Shown: positions 29,566-41,839, counted from the first letter of the stretch. The stretch is 64,000 bases of DNA from an uncultured cyanobacterium (GCA_963718615.1 OY970368.1:960001-1024000), one strand, 5' to 3'. Notes: generated by a model from the sequence alone, not told the origin. Program-made: numbers and translations.

Positions 29566-29726
29566 AGACCCACTTTGAAGAGCTGACCCACCAACTTCAA
29601 CATCCTCGTCGGCGCTGGGGAAGCTCACCCACCCATACCAAAATCCATAAAAAACAGGCACTAGAGAGCCAGTCTCCAGCGCCGCAATTTGCAGCCGATG
29701 ACTTAGGACGACCTAGGACAACGGGC

Positions 29727-30341
29727 CTACAGGAGATACAGGAGGATAAAGAGGATAATCCAGACCACATCCACAAAGTGCCAGTAGAGCTCCGCCGCTT
29801 CGATGCCGAATTTGTGGTCAGCGCGGTAGTGGTTGGGTTGGCGCGATCGCCACAGCACCGCCAAAATCGTCAAAACCCCCACCAACACATGGAGCCCGTG
29901 AAATCCAGTCAGCACATAAAACGTGCTGGCAAATAGATTATCCTTCAGTCCAAAGTTGAGATTGCTGTACTCATAGAGCTGGCCCGCCAAAAAGACGATT
30001 CCCAGGACCGCCGTAATCCCAAACCATTGCTGAACCCCTTTGACGTCATTCTCATGAATAGCGTCCTCTGCCTTGTGAATGATAAAGCTACTGCTAATCA
30101 GAATCAGCGTATTGATCCCTGGCAAGAGCAGCTCCAGCTCCGGCATCTGGTCTTCCGGCAGAGACGAAACCGCCCGAAAGGTCAAATAGGCCGCAAACAA
30201 CCCCAGAAAAATCATGCTCTCTGCCACCAGGAACATAATTAATCCAAAGACCCGATGGTCCGGATGCTCCTCGTGGTGGGCAACAGAGGCAGTGCCCGCC
30301 ATATTCAACGTCGTTTCCGTATCAATCGCAGAACCTTGCAT
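29727..30341 (-). CDS. ctaE: Cytochrome c oxidase subunit III
   Basis: TGFHGLHV, YWHFVDVVW. Confidence 0.95.
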   Translation of the reverse strand: MQGSAIDTETTLNMAGTASVAHHEEHPDHRVFGLIMFLVAESMIFLGLFAAYLTFRAVSSLPEDQMPELELLLPGINTLILISSSFIIHKAEDAIHENDVKGVQQWFGITAVLGIVFLAGQLYEYSNLNFGLKDNLFASTFYVLTGFHGLHVLVGVLTILAVLWRSRQPNHYRADHKFGIEAAELYWHFVDVVWIILFILLYLL

Positions 30342-30385
30342 AGGTCAAAACCAGCAAAACATTAAAGACCAACTCACCAGGAAAA

Positions 30386-32062
30386 TTATGATTTCGCTGC
30401 CCACAAATCAGACCCGCGAATCGCTCCAATCCGCTTCCGCCCGGACTTTGTGCCATAGGCATAGGGATCCTTAATCAACGGCGGTTCACCAAACCAATTT
30501 TCGACCGGCGGTGGCGAAGTCGTCTGCCACTCCAACGTCAAGGCATTCCAGGGATTGTCCCCGGCCTTTTCGCCCTTGGACCAGGACCAAATCGCATTGA
30601 CAATAAACGGAATGGTGGAAATTGCTAGCAGAAACGACCCCACCGTACAAATCAAATTCACCGTGGCAAATTGGGGATCATACTCCGCTACCCGGCGCGG
30701 CATGCCGTTGAGCCCCAGCCAATGCATTGGCATAAAGCAGAGGTTGAAACCCAAAAACGTCAACACAAAGTGAATCCGGCCCCAGGTTTCATTCATCATT
30801 CGTCCCGTCATTTTTGGGAACCAGTGATAAATCCCGGAATAGAGTCCAAAGACGCTGCCCCCAAACAACACATAGTGCAAATGGGCGACGATGAAATAGG
30901 TATCGTGAACGTGAATATCAAAGGGGACCGAAGCCACCATCACGCCACTAAGACCGCCAACCACAAACATTGAGACAAACCCCATGGCAAACAGCATGGC
31001 GCTGTTGAGCCGAATTTTGCCGCCCCAGAGGGTTGCCACCCAGCTAAAGACCTTGATCCCCGTGGGCACCGCGATAATCATCGTCGCCACCATGAAGAAC
31101 ATGCGCAGCCAGGCCGGGGTGCCGCTGGTGAACATGTGGTGCGCCCAGACGATTAGACCTAGAAAGCTGATGGCGAGACTGGAGTAGGCGATCGCCTTAT
31201 ACCCAAAAATCGGCTTACGCGCATGAACCGGAATAATCTCCGAAATCATCCCAAACACCGGCAAAATCATGATGTAGACCGCCGGGTGGGAGTAAAACCA
31301 GAACATGTGCTGGTACACGATGGGATCGCCACCGCCAGCCGGGTTAAAGAAATTCGTGCCGACCATCAGGTCAAAACTGAGGAGCACTAAGGCCCCAGCC
31401 AAAACCGGCGTAGAGATCAAAATCAGCGCCGAAGCCGCCAGCATCGCCCAGCAAAACAGGGGCATTTGGGTGAGCTGAAGATTGGGTCGACGCATTTTCA
31501 GGATCGTCGTCGAAAAGTTGATCGCCCCCAAAATTGAAGAGGTTCCCAGGAGCAAAACGCTCAGGATCCAAATCAGTTCACCGGTCTTGCCATTGACCAA
31601 ACTCAGCGGGGGATAGGACGTCCAACCCGAGCCCGGTGCTTCCACCAGAAAGCTGCCGATGAGCAATAAACCGGCGGGCGGGATCATCCAAAACGCCACG
31701 GCATTCAGCTTTGGAAACGCCATGTCCCGTGCCCCAATCAGCAGCGGGATCAAATAATTTCCAAAGGCTCCGGTGCCTGCCGGAACGATCCAAAGAAAGA
31801 TCATCACCGTGGCATGGACGGTAAACAGTTGGTTGTAGAGTTCTCGGCTAACGAGGTCAACCTGGGGAGTCGCGAGCTCAGCCCGCACCACAGTGGCTAA
31901 AATACCCCCAATCAAATAGAAAATAAACGACGTCACCAAATACTGAATACCAATGACCTTATGGTCTTCGCTAAAGCTAAAGTAGGTGCGCCAAGTTGTG
32001 GGTTTATGCTTGGGCTCCGGGGGAGAAGCGCCTGGGAGAGATTCTTGTAGGACTTGGGTCAT
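30386..32062 (-). CDS. ctaD: Cytochrome c oxidase subunit I
   Basis: WFYSHPAVY, VWAHHMF, VAHLHYVL. Confidence 0.97.
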   Translation of the reverse strand: MTQVLQESLPGASPPEPKHKPTTWRTYFSFSEDHKVIGIQYLVTSFIFYLIGGILATVVRAELATPQVDLVSRELYNQLFTVHATVMIFLWIVPAGTGAFGNYLIPLLIGARDMAFPKLNAVAFWMIPPAGLLLIGSFLVEAPGSGWTSYPPLSLVNGKTGELIWILSVLLLGTSSILGAINFSTTILKMRRPNLQLTQMPLFCWAMLAASALILISTPVLAGALVLLSFDLMVGTNFFNPAGGGDPIVYQHMFWFYSHPAVYIMILPVFGMISEIIPVHARKPIFGYKAIAYSSLAISFLGLIVWAHHMFTSGTPAWLRMFFMVATMIIAVPTGIKVFSWVATLWGGKIRLNSAMLFAMGFVSMFVVGGLSGVMVASVPFDIHVHDTYFIVAHLHYVLFGGSVFGLYSGIYHWFPKMTGRMMNETWGRIHFVLTFLGFNLCFMPMHWLGLNGMPRRVAEYDPQFATVNLICTVGSFLLAISTIPFIVNAIWSWSKGEKAGDNPWNALTLEWQTTSPPPVENWFGEPPLIKDPYAYGTKSGRKRIGAIRGSDLWAAKS

Positions 32063-32148
32063 GGGAGCATGGAATAGGCTTTTGCGAGAATAAGCTGGGA
32101 TAGGACTAGCGATGGAACTAGTGACGCTGAAGTGAACGGTTTACAGCA

Positions 32149-33135
32149 TTAGGATCCAGAGCCATGCAGGCTGTGCATCATGGAAGGGCTCATGTCCATG
32201 GCCATGGCCTCGGCAAAGGGAGCCAGAAACTCACCCTCAGGATTAGCGGCGATCGCCTCTCCCGCCAGCTCTTCACCGCCATTCAACATCGCCACCTGGC
32301 TTTGCACCCAACTGTCATAGGCTTCCGGCGTTTCCACAATCACCTGGGACCGCATTGCGCCATGGTAACTGCCGCAGAGCTCCGCGCAGACAATGGGATA
32401 GGTCCCCGGTTCCGTTGGCACGAAGCGCAACTCCGTTTGCCGCCCCGGAATGGCGTCCTGCTTTAGCCGAAACTGGGGTACCCAAAACGCATGGAGCACA
32501 TCCTGAGCTGAAAGATTGAGCTGGACATCGCGATTAGCGGGGATGTGGAGTTCACCGCTGATAATGCCATTGGGATAATTAAAAATCCAGGCGTACTGGA
32601 GTCCGGTCACATTCACCACCACATCCGCCGGTTTTTCCTCACCCCCCGGTCGAGCCCCGATCCCACCGGCGTACTGGGAATCTTGCGAGGCTGCTTGAGC
32701 TTCACCACTGGAGGATTCATAGGCCATCATCTGGGCGGTAGGCGCACTGTGGGCGCTGTGTCCGCCGTGGTTCATGGGGTCGAGACCGCCCATGCGGTTG
32801 TAAATGTCAAAGCTGTAAACCGAGACCCCCAAAACCAAGACAGCGGGGATCGCCGTCCAGAGAATCTCTAGGGGAATATTGCCATGGATGGGAGGGCCAT
32901 CGGAGTCATCCCCAGGCCGCTGGCGAAACTTGATAGCTGCAATCACAATCAGGCCCTGAACCAACAGGAAGAGGCCCATGGCGATCGCAAACATGACATT
33001 GAACAAACTGTCAAAACCACCGGCATTTTCAGCAGCGGCGAGGGGTAGAAGATTATTATTTTGCCCAAACCAAAGGCTTAGGAGGGTAATGGCAATCCCC
33101 GCAAGCAGGGTCAGGATAGTCGTTGGAATATTCAC
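32149..33135 (-). CDS. ctaC: Cytochrome c oxidase subunit II
   Basis: DVLHAFWVP, CAELCGSYHGAM CuA motif. Confidence 0.96.
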   Translation of the reverse strand: MNIPTTILTLLAGIAITLLSLWFGQNNNLLPLAAAENAGGFDSLFNVMFAIAMGLFLLVQGLIVIAAIKFRQRPGDDSDGPPIHGNIPLEILWTAIPAVLVLGVSVYSFDIYNRMGGLDPMNHGGHSAHSAPTAQMMAYESSSGEAQAASQDSQYAGGIGARPGGEEKPADVVVNVTGLQYAWIFNYPNGIISGELHIPANRDVQLNLSAQDVLHAFWVPQFRLKQDAIPGRQTELRFVPTEPGTYPIVCAELCGSYHGAMRSQVIVETPEAYDSWVQSQVAMLNGGEELAGEAIAANPEGEFLAPFAEAMAMDMSPSMMHSLHGSGS

Positions 33136-33737
33136 AGCAGGCGATCGCAGTCTCTACGAACACAATTTGGCAAAATTTGGCCAAGGATTTGGCCCATGAG
33201 CTCTGGCCCATAACTAAACAGATGGGCCAGAGGAGGCAAGCTGTCGTGACCTAGGATTGCCCCCATTTTTTTAAGGTTCGCCTCCAATAAACCGTTCCTC
33301 TCCTACCACGGTAAAACAGTCTTCCGGGTGCGTGGGTGCTAAAACCAACATCTTTAACAATTTATTTCGACGATATTGGTTTTCCAGAGATAAATTTTGA
33401 TCATCCGTCAACCTTGGGGGCATGCTATTGCCTTCTTCATCAGTTTAGGGAGTTTTGCAAATCTTAGGGGGTTCTCAAAACTTAAGAAAAATTTAACTTT
33501 TCTTTTAGCCAATCAACGTGCTGAATAACGTTCTGAATTTTGTAGTGCCCAAATTGTCGCGAAAGTCTGCAAAAAATCAAAAGAAAGCGCGATTTTTCGC
33601 CCTGCTTGAGATTCTCTCGCTACAGTAGGGGTATCCAAAAGTTAAGCGCTGAAGCGAAAACGTTCAAGATCGAGTCGCACCGTATCGCCTTTCCCATCAC
33701 AACCCGTTGTGCTTACGCTTGCAACTATTCCGTCCCC

Positions 33738-34691
33738 ATGACTGAATCTCTTTCCCCTTTTGCCTCTCGGCTTCCTTTATTCTCGATTGTTGCGAAACCC
33801 GCACCGGATCAGGTCCATTGGTTAGCGGGACGATTAGCCGTTGCTACGCTGATTTTGATGGCTATTGGCAGCGCGACCCGTGTGATGAATGCCGGACTCG
33901 CCTGTCCCGATTGGCCTCTGTGCTACGGCCAGTTCCTACCCAGCCAGCAAATGAATGTGCAGGTTTTTTTGGAGTGGTTCCACCGACTGGATGCTTCGGT
34001 GGTCGGCTTTGGCACCATTGCCCTGCTGGGTCTTGCGGTTGGGAAGCGGCGATCGCTCCCTCATTGGGTGCCCTGGGCCGCAGCCTTGGCCTTATTTCTG
34101 GTGGTCTTTCAGGGTATTTTGGGCGCGCTGACGGTGACAGAACTCCTACGGTTTGACCTGGTCACGGCCCATTTAGGCACTGCCCTTTTGTTTTTCTCGG
34201 TGCTGCTGATGCTTACCCTTGGCCTCATGCCCTACCAAGCCGTTGGCTCAGCCGGGCGGCTGCGCTGGTTAGGTTTGGTCGCGACGGTCTTGGTCTATGG
34301 TCAGAGTCTCTTGGGCGGTGTGGTGGCATCCCGCTGGGCGCTGCACCAGTGCTTTGGCGGAGGGGAACTCTGCCTGGTAATGAATAGCCACATTGCTGGG
34401 GTTTTGCCCGCCACCCTGGCGACCCTGGGCCTGGTGGTGTGGACGGGGCGATCGCCTGCCCTTTCCCGGCCCCTGCGCCAGCTTGCCCTAGGAGCCGGAT
34501 TTGCCCTGCTGGCTCAGGTTTGCCTCGGGGTTTTGGCGCTGCGGCTGCGGCTCCAGGTTGAGCCTCTGACCGTCACTCACCAACTGGTTGGAGCCGTTCT
34601 ACTGGGGCTTTTGCTGGCCTTTACGATTTTGGCTTGGCGGGATCATCTCGAAACCCCCACCATTCTGCCCACTGAATCCCCATCCCTCTAA
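33738..34691 (+). CDS. ctaA: Heme A synthase (COX15/CtaA)
   Basis: [21 protein letters not shown]. Confidence 0.92.
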   Translation: MTESLSPFASRLPLFSIVAKPAPDQVHWLAGRLAVATLILMAIGSATRVMNAGLACPDWPLCYGQFLPSQQMNVQVFLEWFHRLDASVVGFGTIALLGLAVGKRRSLPHWVPWAAALALFLVVFQGILGALTVTELLRFDLVTAHLGTALLFFSVLLMLTLGLMPYQAVGSAGRLRWLGLVATVLVYGQSLLGGVVASRWALHQCFGGGELCLVMNSHIAGVLPATLATLGLVVWTGRSPALSRPLRQLALGAGFALLAQVCLGVLALRLRLQVEPLTVTHQLVGAVLLGLLLAFTILAWRDHLETPTILPTESPSL

Positions 34692-34705
34692 TTTTTGACG
34701 GCACT

Positions 34706-35698
34706 ATGCAAGAAACGTTTAATGCAGCCCCTCGTCTCCACGCCAACGGCCTGCAAGTTCTTCAAAGCTATTACCAACTGACTAAACCGCGCATCATTCT
34801 TCTGTTGCTGATCACGACCACCGCAGGCATTTGGGTGGCTTCCCAGGGCCAAGTGGATACCACGCTGCTCTTGGTGACGCTGGTGGGAGGAGCCCTGGCC
34901 TCGGGATCGGCCAATGCGATCAACTGCTACTACGATCGCGACATTGATTTCATCATGGAACGCACCCGCTGGCGACCCATCCCCTCGGGCCGAGTGCAGC
35001 CGAGGGACGCGCTGATTTTTGCCGCTGGGTTGGCGATCGCCTCCTTTGGTTTGCTCACCCTGTTTGCCAATCTACTGGCGGCGTTCTTGGCCATGGCCGG
35101 GATCGTTTTTTACGTCTTGATCTATACCCATTGGCTCAAGCGCCACAGTGTCCAAAATATTGTCATCGGGGGAGCGGCAGGAGCCATTCCGCCGTTAGTC
35201 GGCTGGGCTGCGGTCACGGGCGACTTGAGCTGGGCTCCTTGGCTGATGTTTTTAATTATTTTCCTTTGGACTCCGCCCCATTTTTGGTCCCTGGCGCTGA
35301 TGATTCGCGATGACTATGCCTCCGTCGGTGTTCCCATGCTGCCGGTGGTTGCCGGAGAGGAAGAAACCGCTTGGCAAATCTGGGTCTATTCGATCTTGCT
35401 CGTGCCTGCCACGCTTTTGCTGGTGTATCCGGTGGGGAGCAATGGTCTGATTTATGGGGCAAGTGCTCTTCTCCTCGGGGTCCAGCTTTTGGTGAAGGCT
35501 TGGCGATTATTGCGAGACCCGAGCGATCGCGTTCTGGCTCGTGCCCTCTTCAAATACTCGATCCTTTATCTGATGCTGCTTTCCGCCGCCATGGTCGTGG
35601 ATGTCCTGCCTAACATTGCCGCCTACTCCGAGCAGCTCCTCGGCGAAGTTCAAGGGGTGTTGGCCGCCATTCCCATCAATCAATTTCTCAGCCTGTAG
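34706..35698 (+). CDS. ctaB: Heme o synthase (protoheme IX farnesyltransferase)
   Basis: [34 protein letters not shown]. Confidence 0.95.
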   Translation: MQETFNAAPRLHANGLQVLQSYYQLTKPRIILLLLITTTAGIWVASQGQVDTTLLLVTLVGGALASGSANAINCYYDRDIDFIMERTRWRPIPSGRVQPRDALIFAAGLAIASFGLLTLFANLLAAFLAMAGIVFYVLIYTHWLKRHSVQNIVIGGAAGAIPPLVGWAAVTGDLSWAPWLMFLIIFLWTPPHFWSLALMIRDDYASVGVPMLPVVAGEEETAWQIWVYSILLVPATLLLVYPVGSNGLIYGASALLLGVQLLVKAWRLLRDPSDRVLARALFKYSILYLMLLSAAMVVDVLPNIAAYSEQLLGEVQGVLAAIPINQFLSL

Positions 35699-35788
35699 CC
35701 TGAGCCTGTAAAAAGCTGGGGACGAATTGTGATTCGTCCCCAAGGTTCGTTTTTATTGAATTTGATTCTATTGAAGCTAATTCCAGGG

Positions 35789-36340
35789 CTAGTCTTGAAC
35801 CCAGATGAATGTGACTCGCTTGCCTGCGATCGCCTCCAAAATCTCATCGGTCAAAGGCATATCATAGGTTTTGGCCCGAACACCAAACATCTTGCCCTTC
35901 ACGAATACTAATTTACCGCCCTTCAGGTAGGACGTATCCACGGTGGTGCGGCGTAGACGCGTATCTCCATCCTCCGCCTCCAGCGCAATCAGCTCCCGCC
36001 CTGAGGCATCCACCACCCGCACTTCCTTCGCCCAGTCCAGCAGCGAGCGAAAGCCGAGCTCCACCTCCGTTGCCCCTAAATCAGCCTGGGATTCAAACTG
36101 GTATTGAATCTCGTCATAATCACTGAGCAGATCGACCTCACTCAATTTATAAGACCGATTACAACTCAGGTCGCGCCCTAGACAAACATTGGTATTGTTC
36201 AGGTCCTGAAAGGAAATGACTTGATCGGCAAAAGCCGGGGCCTGTCTAACCCCAACAACCAACGTGGATCCCGCCAGGACGCATCCTAGATAACCCAGCA
36301 GATGCAGCGGAACCAACCGAGAGAATGCGCTTCGTTTCAT
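35789..36340 (-). CDS. Secreted hypothetical protein
   Basis: Signal peptide ending APAFA; WAKEV and FVKGKMFGV motifs; no family recognised. Confidence 0.55.
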   Translation of the reverse strand: MKRSAFSRLVPLHLLGYLGCVLAGSTLVVGVRQAPAFADQVISFQDLNNTNVCLGRDLSCNRSYKLSEVDLLSDYDEIQYQFESQADLGATEVELGFRSLLDWAKEVRVVDASGRELIALEAEDGDTRLRRTTVDTSYLKGGKLVFVKGKMFGVRAKTYDMPLTDEILEAIAGKRVTFIWVQD

Positions 36341-36480
36341 AGCTCGTCTCAAATACTTGTCTGAATTAGGAGTTCGCGGTCTGAGATCAGAATGAACTGA
36401 TTTTAGGCGGTTTGTTCCCGCTGGCAAGGCTTTCATCAAACTTAGCCCTAGGCGAACCGGGCTTGCTTCAATATAGATAG

Positions 36481-37781
<1,301 letters not shown>

Positions 37782-38002
37782 TGACTTCTCGCTGAAAAAT
37801 CTTCTGTTCTTCCTTTCTACGTTGTTTTGCCATGATTTATGCACATCCTACAGGTGGATTCTTTCTCCGCCGATTGGCTGAAATCGCAGTATGGCGTTAG
37901 AGAGATACAGTCAGAACAAGAGATCCACGCTACATTAGGGTCGCCAAAAGGTCGCCAAAAGGTCGCCAAGAACAGCCGATGTAATGGCTACGCAATTAAA
38001 CT

Positions 38003-38851
38003 ATGTCTAATTCCCCCACGCAACGAAGCGAAACCCGCTGCTTCGGAGGCTCCTTAGGTTTTTATCGTCATTGGTCTATGGTTTGCCAATGCGAAATGAA
38101 TTTTGCGATCTATCTACCTCCTCAAATCAAAAAAGAGCCTGCTCCTGTTTTGTACTATCTGTCGGGGCTCACCTGTACGGAGGAAAACTTTATTACAAAA
38201 GCTGGGGCACAACGCTATGCGGCGGAGCAGGGACTGATTCTCGTGGCTCCGGATACCAGTCCTCGGGGGTTGAATTTGCCGGGGGACGCGGAAGCTTGGG
38301 ATTTTGGGGTAGGAGCGGGCTTTTATGTAGATGCGACGCAAGCGCCCTGGCATGACCATTACCGGATGTACAGCTATGTGGTTGAGGAATTGCCTGGGTT
38401 GATTGGGGCACATTTTCCTGCGGATATCAGTCGCCAGGGGATTTTTGGCCATTCCATGGGAGGTCATGGGGCGTTGATTTGTGCGCTGCGCAATGGCGAT
38501 CGCTACCGTTCGGTCTCAGCCTTTTCACCGATCGCGGCTCCGATGCGATCGCCCTGGGGTCAAAAAGCCTTTACCCATTATCTGGGGCCAGACCCGACCA
38601 ACTGGAAAGGGTACGATGCCAGCGAACTGGTGGGTACGGCTAATTTTGGTGGCAGTATTTTGATTGACCAGGGAACAGCCGATGGCTTCCTGGAAACCCA
38701 GCTCATGCCCCAGGTCTTTAAGCAAGCCTGCGAAGAGGCTGGACAGTTGCTGACGCTGCGGATGCAGCCGGGTTATGACCACAGCTATTACTTCATTGCC
38801 ACGTTTATGGAAGACCATATCAAACATCACGCGACAGCTTTACTGGATTAA
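38003..38851 (+). CDS. fghA: S-formylglutathione hydrolase
   Basis: LSGLTCTEENF, GHSMGGHG, GYDHSYYFI. Confidence 0.95.
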   Translation: MSNSPTQRSETRCFGGSLGFYRHWSMVCQCEMNFAIYLPPQIKKEPAPVLYYLSGLTCTEENFITKAGAQRYAAEQGLILVAPDTSPRGLNLPGDAEAWDFGVGAGFYVDATQAPWHDHYRMYSYVVEELPGLIGAHFPADISRQGIFGHSMGGHGALICALRNGDRYRSVSAFSPIAAPMRSPWGQKAFTHYLGPDPTNWKGYDASELVGTANFGGSILIDQGTADGFLETQLMPQVFKQACEEAGQLLTLRMQPGYDHSYYFIATFMEDHIKHHATALLD

Positions 38852-38863
38852 AACCTGTGTACT

Positions 38864-39871
38864 TCAGTCAACTCCTGAGGTCAGAATGAGATTGAAAAGA
38901 TATCCTACACTAATGATTCCTAAGGTTGTGATGCTAACAAACAAAGTCAAAAGCTGAGGACGAAGGACCCTCTTGAGAATGATCATTTGTGGCAGGGACA
39001 AGGCTGTGACAGCCATCGTAAAGGACAACACCGTGCCCAAAGGCATACCTTTATTGACTAAGGCTTCTGCAATGGGGAGGACCCCAGCCACGTTGGTGTA
39101 GAGGGGAACCCCCATCAAAACAGCAATGAGCACGGCGAAGGGATTGCTGGGGCCTGCCCATTGGCTAATTAGATCGGTGGGGGCATAACCGTGAATTCCA
39201 GCGCCGATGGCAATGCCGATAACGACATAGGGCCAAACTGAGCTGAGGATTTCAACGGATTGTGATTGAGCACTTTTCCATCGCTGTGCCCAGGTTTCTG
39301 GAGCTAAATCAGTCTCTATGTCTAAGGCTTTCATCTGATAGGTATCCCGAGCTTTTAAGATTAAGGGATCCACCCATTTCTCTAGATTTAACTGACCGAT
39401 GATAAACCCAGAAACAATGGCTAAAGTTACGCCAAAGCCGATGTAGAGAAGCGTTGCTTGGAGACCAAATAAACTCCAAAGCAGAAAGACAGCGATCGCA
39501 TCCACCATTGGTGCCGAAATCAAGTAAGAAAACGTGACACCGAGGGGAACTCCTGCCCCTAAAAATCCGATAAATAAAGGAACAGCAGAGCAGGAGCAAA
39601 AGGGGGTAAATGCGCCCAATAAACCCGCTAGAATATTGCCTGAAATTGTCAATTTTCCCGCCAGAAACTGGCGCACTTTTTCGGGGGAGAGAAAACTTTG
39701 TAGTATCCCAATGACAAAGCTAATGACGACCAGTAAGCTTAAAACCTTCGGCACATCATAAAGGAAAAAATGGAGACTGGCACCGAGTTGAGAGTCAGGA
39801 GATAGCCGAAATACGTAGCTGACAATCTGGGTGGCAAGCCAGTCGAAGGGATAAAAGAGATCAAACATCAT
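38864..39871 (-). CDS. ArsP/DUF318 family permease
   Basis: TPFCSCSAVP, GVPLY, ALSLPQMIIL. Confidence 0.88.
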   Translation of the reverse strand: MMFDLFYPFDWLATQIVSYVFRLSPDSQLGASLHFFLYDVPKVLSLLVVISFVIGILQSFLSPEKVRQFLAGKLTISGNILAGLLGAFTPFCSCSAVPLFIGFLGAGVPLGVTFSYLISAPMVDAIAVFLLWSLFGLQATLLYIGFGVTLAIVSGFIIGQLNLEKWVDPLILKARDTYQMKALDIETDLAPETWAQRWKSAQSQSVEILSSVWPYVVIGIAIGAGIHGYAPTDLISQWAGPSNPFAVLIAVLMGVPLYTNVAGVLPIAEALVNKGMPLGTVLSFTMAVTALSLPQMIILKRVLRPQLLTLFVSITTLGIISVGYLFNLILTSGVD

Positions 39872-39904
39872 GGACTCCGCAAGCGGGACTCTACAAACTA
39901 GGCA

Positions 39905-40147
39905 CTAGACTTGTAAGAGGGATTGAATCTCTGTGCTGCTCATAACCTTTCCTTTGCTGACGATTTTGCCATTGATCGCTAAGGCTGGGGTGGATAGGAT
40001 GCCACGCTGGGCAATTTCAAGGGGATCGGTAATGTGCAAGACTTCTGCGTCTAAATTGAGGTTGGCGATCGCCTCCTTCGCATTCGCTTCCAGTTGTTGA
40101 CATTTCTTGCAGCCTGTTCCTAATACTTCAAGTTTTAGCTGAATCAT
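39905..40147 (-). CDS. Small redox-active disulfide protein (thioredoxin_3)
   Basis: LGTGCKKC, TPALAING. Confidence 0.88.
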   Translation of the reverse strand: MIQLKLEVLGTGCKKCQQLEANAKEAIANLNLDAEVLHITDPLEIAQRGILSTPALAINGKIVSKGKVMSSTEIQSLLQV

Positions 40148-40228
40148 GGTTTAACGCCTTGGTTTAACGCTTTGGTTTAATGCCTTAGATTGACTGGCGA
40201 GATTAATGAGCAAGATTGACGATTAACG

Positions 40229-40660
40229 CTAAAGCTCTTGGGGGTCTTGCTCTAGAACAATGCATTGATGCTGTGGATCGGGGTGGTCTAGATTTTGAGC
40301 ACATTGTTCAAGGAGCGGAGCCAGTTCGTTGTGGAGAGATTGCAATTGTTGGATTTGCGCTTGAATGGCTTGGGTCTTTTGCTGGAGCCGTTGATATACT
40401 GCTTGACAGGTGAGCGATCGCCCCTCCTTCAGCGCCAGAATTTCCTGGATTTCCCCCAAGCTTAGCCCCAAGGTCTTTGCCCTGGTGATAAATGCCAGCC
40501 GCTCCACATCCGCTGGACTATAGAGCCGATAACCGGATGCATTGCGTTGAGGAATTGGAATGAGGCCGATCCGCTCATAAAAATAAAGGGTCTGCGGATT
40601 AAGTCCTAATTTTTGCGCCACCTCCCCCACTTGAAACATCGATTCTGTTGCTTTACCCAC
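40229..40660 (-). CDS. MerR-family heavy-metal-responsive regulator
   Basis: VGEVAQKLG...YERIGLIP...GYRLY; Cys in TCQ and a C-terminal C...C. Confidence 0.92.
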   Translation of the reverse strand: MGKATESMFQVGEVAQKLGLNPQTLYFYERIGLIPIPQRNASGYRLYSPADVERLAFITRAKTLGLSLGEIQEILALKEGRSLTCQAVYQRLQQKTQAIQAQIQQLQSLHNELAPLLEQCAQNLDHPDPQHQCIVLEQDPQEL

Positions 40661-40686
40661 TGTTCCTGCTCACTCCACTCTCATGG

Positions 40687-40719
40687 ATCCTAATCCTTAA
40701 TACCCAGGTATAAGGTCAA
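40687..40719 (-). promoter_or_regulatory. MerR-type promoter/operator of merR-trx-arsP
   Basis: TTGACC-N21-TAGGAT with dyad CCTTATACC-t-GGGTATTAAGG. Confidence 0.7.
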
Positions 40720-40793
40720 CGCCCATTGATGGCCACTAACCAATTCATGTTTGCACACGGACAGCCTAGACAGGCGAGACTAGATGCATCGTT

Positions 40794-41762
40794 TTAGAGC
40801 AATGAGATTCGGGTTTCATAGAAAGGCTCCACTGGACCATTCACCACCATAGCCCCTACGGGTCCTGCGGCCTGCTTAAAACGAGGGTCGAGATGGGAAT
40901 TTTCGTGGTCCCACACGGACTCCCATACCCCATGCATTAGATAAGCCCTCAAGCTTCCATCGGGAAAGGCATTGCGGAGGATTTCTGTGGTCACAGCTTT
41001 ATGGTAATGGCGATTATTGGGAGCACCGGGAAGCCCGATGCCATCCTGGGTGGTGGTGGGCTGGTAGGTTTGCTGGGCGATCGCGAGCAGTTCTGCGGTT
41101 TTAGCCTCAAAGAGGAGGAGGTCAGCATCTTGGATGAAGACATGATTTTCGACGGTCACATAGCCGCGATCGGGCAAATCTGCGGGACGGCGCAAAAATG
41201 CCAAAATCTCTTCGGGTTGGCGATAAATGGCGTTGCGATCGCCCGCCACCACCGTCTGATAAATCCCTCGATAGGATTCCATCGCCATCGGCGTTTTTTG
41301 AGGACCCTCTGGCGTCTGGCGATAGGCATAGAGGTGAGGGGCAATCACTGTGTCAAACCAGCGATCGACCTGGGCTTTTTGTAAGTGCTCATAGTCCGAA
41401 AACCGCACAAACAGCGAATAGAAATAGGGCAATGACCCATCAGCCACCGCATCCGCATAAGCCGTGGCCAACCTGCCCTTGTAGGCTTCCGGGTAGTTTT
41501 TTACCATCGTCGAGTCCCCCGTCATTTGTTTGAGCGAAAGACTGAGGAAACCAGAGGCCTTTTGTAGCGATCGCGCCTGGGTTTGAATCGCCCCCATCAA
41601 AGCCTGATTCTCCGGGACAGCCACGCGAATTTCTGCATAAAACGTTATGGCTCCCGTTGGGGCCTGAGCCACTGTCTGCGCCGCTTGGGCAGGAGATGTG
41701 ACTGCAAAACCCACAGTGGAGAGTCCAGCACCCGCACACAGAAAATGACGACGATTGAGCAT
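40794..41762 (-). CDS. Tat-exported sulfur oxygenase reductase-like / dimeric alpha-beta barrel protein
   Basis: NRRHFL Tat signal and AQA cleavage site; WESVWDHENSH...GPVEPFYE. Confidence 0.6.
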   Translation of the reverse strand: MLNRRHFLCAGAGLSTVGFAVTSPAQAAQTVAQAPTGAITFYAEIRVAVPENQALMGAIQTQARSLQKASGFLSLSLKQMTGDSTMVKNYPEAYKGRLATAYADAVADGSLPYFYSLFVRFSDYEHLQKAQVDRWFDTVIAPHLYAYRQTPEGPQKTPMAMESYRGIYQTVVAGDRNAIYRQPEEILAFLRRPADLPDRGYVTVENHVFIQDADLLLFEAKTAELLAIAQQTYQPTTTQDGIGLPGAPNNRHYHKAVTTEILRNAFPDGSLRAYLMHGVWESVWDHENSHLDPRFKQAAGPVGAMVVNGPVEPFYETRISLL

Positions 41763-41797
41763 AGAACAGTGGCTCCCTTAAATTCAGCATCACCGTG

Positions 41798-41829
41798 ATG
41801 CTAAACCCTATAGTGAGGTACAAGGTCAA
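41798..41829 (-). promoter_or_regulatory. MerR-type promoter/operator of the SOR-like gene
   Basis: TTGACC-N20-TAGCAT with dyad ACCTTGTA-N6-TATAGGGT. Confidence 0.75.
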
Positions 41830-41839
41830 CCCCAAGGAC

